A stretch of DNA of 64,000 bases. Origin: Lophium mytilinum (lineage: Eukaryota). This document shows, one piece after another, positions 62,055 to 64,000 of this stretch. The notes beneath the pieces were generated by a model. It saw only the letters and a list, made by a program, of their open reading frames with translations, made no database searches and was not told the DNA's origin. The stretch covers positions 439,106 through 503,105 of the forward strand of contig MU004201.1 of the NCBI GenBank assembly GCA_010093605.1, given 5' to 3'. Made by a program: the position numbers and the translations under genes. How positions within the stretch are numbered: position 1 is the first letter of the stretch; each line of letters opens with the position of its first letter.

Positions 62055-63668
62055 ATGAACTCGCTCACCTACATTATAGTAGTAGTGGCACCAGTCGCAA
62101 CTGCAATTATGGACAACCTCTCGGCCTCGGATGTAAGTGCCCTCCTGTATGCAACTGGGGTGCGGCTGTCGGAGGCCCAGTCGAAGAAGTACCTAGACGT
62201 GCTTAGGGAAATGCCTGAGTACGCTGACTGGATTATGGATAAGGTTAATTAAGGGTGGCCTATAGTCCTCGTGGGCAGCGACGTCTCCACGCTCATCGAG
62301 AGGGTTATGAACCCGCTGGCGTTCTGGCGTTGTGGTGGTATGAGCAGGAGACTCACAATCTGGTTGGCTGTTCTAGCCAGGCCCTTGTTCCCCGTAGATG
62401 ATCAGGAAGGCGAGTACGTTGGCATGGACTACAGCGGCAACGTGGTCGCCAACGTATACACCTATAGGAGCGGCCCCGGGTTGCCGAAAGGTCTAGCCGA
62501 CTCGATCTTCTCGCTACCACCTAGCGGCCTGGCCAACTACGAGAAGATGTAGGATAGCACTAGCTGGTTCCTGGGCAAGACCCCGAATATGAACGGCCTC
62601 GACATCTTCTTCTTCTTCGAGTCGGTACCCGTCTGTAATTGCTTCTTTGAGTCGCCCGCTTATAATACTACATACCCACACGGGCTTGTTTAAGAAGGGC
62701 TGGAGCACCCCCAGGTATGGCAGGGCGTGCTCTAGACGCCCCCTATAGCCACAAGGACACCGGCGCATATAATCGGGGATAAGATTACGACGTCGTTTAT
62801 GCAGCTAGGGCTGGCCAACAACGTGGTTAGGTCCGCGAGGGGCGTCACGGCAGTACAGGCAAGCAGTTTCTCCAAGACTAGCATCTTAATTAGCTTCGGC
62901 AAGCACACGCTTAGGACTGTAATAGATATTCCTCTTGTGCTCACGAACAATAAGATGCATGCCAGCAAGACTATAATCCGGCCCGGCCGCAGGTTGGGCG
63001 ACAAGCTGTCGATGCACTCTACAATCACGCACCTGTTCGCGACGCAGCTCAATAAGCGGGACTTTATTAACCTTATGAGAGGAATAGGTACTATGCATGC
63101 CAACAATATTATAGAGCTGTACACGAGTCCGTTGATGGACGTGTTTAGGGACTTGCACTGGACCTCGAGCATAAGAGAACGGGGGCACGAGCTCACGATC
63201 CTAAGCTGCGGGCTGTTCTTAGCAACGAAGACGGAGAGAATTGAAGGGGTAACCACGACCAGAGAGATTGGCCTGTCCGAGATCGCGAATCTGCATGGGC
63301 ATACAGTAATGAAGAAGACCGCCAATATGCCCTGGAACTTAAACGCGACTATAGACTACTAGCAGTATAAAGTTTCCGTCGCTAACGTGGTTATGAACTT
63401 AATTGTAAGTCTGTTAGGGCCTGTAAGCGGAGGCTCCTACAGTTAGGTGGCGGTGGACCCATCCGGGGAGCTGTTGCAGAGTGCGATACCCGAAGCACCG
63501 TCGGCAGTAAGGTTGTATAAGAGCAATGCCTCTGTCCCATGCAGGTGGAATATCTTGTTGGAGGAGAGGGACAACTTTGTGGCTGTAGGAGTAGTAAGGG
63601 AAGGCTAATTCGGGAGGAAGCAGAGAAGATCTTTAACAAACTTTAAGACCATCTACATCTCTAAGTGA
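62055..63668 (+). pseudogene. Long intronless gene of unknown function (~537 codons) broken only by TAA/TAG stops
   Basis: ORFs 62055, 62271 and 62799 share one frame with no frameshift, and the frame continues to a TGA at ~63668. N-terminal PVATAIMDNLSASDVSALL is loosely F-box-like. Confidence 0.75.
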
Positions 63669-64000
63669 CGACGTTCAGCACCAAGACTTACAGGACCGCT
63701 TACGGCCAGGAGCTGCGCTGTACAAGCACCTATTCCATGGATATTAGCAGGGCTCGGAGTTAATCAACTAAATCGACAGTTAATCGAATTAATTAAAGTC
63801 TTGACAATTTAATTCAGTAGCTTAGCCATCTAGATAAGGTTTAATGAATTGATTTTAAGAGGCCTAATCGATTAAAAATTAAACAGCAGTTCGATCGTGA
63901 CCACACGTGATGATATTTGTTTGGTATTAATGCTCTTGTCCCTTGGAGGTCCGCAATCCTTAGCCTCTAATTAGTCCACTACTAACTAAATAATCTCTAT

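Noticed and set aside
64..63639. Most 60-130 aa ORFs of the supplied track as genes
   Set aside because: They are antisense or off-frame shadows, or inter-stop pieces of the pseudogenes listed, and many use non-ATG starts.
5550..63910. Recurrent CACGTG motifs as a regulatory system
   Set aside because: A 6-mer is expected roughly a dozen times in 64 kb, and enrichment cannot be shown by eye.

Overview
Filamentous-ascomycete (Pezizomycotina-type) genomic DNA with GT-AG introns and a pervasive RIP signature (CpA->TpA / TpG->TpA; nearly all premature stops are TAA/TAG at Gln/Trp positions). I found no rRNA, tRNA or CRISPR array and no intact housekeeping gene. The window is a mosaic of four components. 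(1) Decayed transposons: three Ty3/gypsy remnants, two hAT transposase remnants, a hAT MITE family, a Tc1/mariner remnant and several foldback/MITE-like inverted repeats. (2) Many tandem arrays: 108-119 bp, three adjacent ~170-185 bp arrays and shorter ones. (3) RIP-mutated non-TE genes for regulatory-type proteins: JmjC, RBR E3 ligase, C2H2/C2HC zinc fingers, F-box-like, ankyrin and a duplicated Cys-rich orphan family. One F-box-like gene still appears intact. (4) Short captured fragments of host housekeeping genes: four pieces of MSH6, two of them fused in opposite orientation at a 9-bp microhomology, and a piece of DOT5/BCP peroxiredoxin. The best overall reading, which is inference, is the RIP-silenced cargo of a multicopy giant element (Starship-like) or an accessory-chromosome block that captures and scrambles host gene fragments. 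A weak DUF3435-captain-like remnant lies near 61-62 kb. All family assignments come from motif recognition by eye, not database searches, and most boundaries are approximate.
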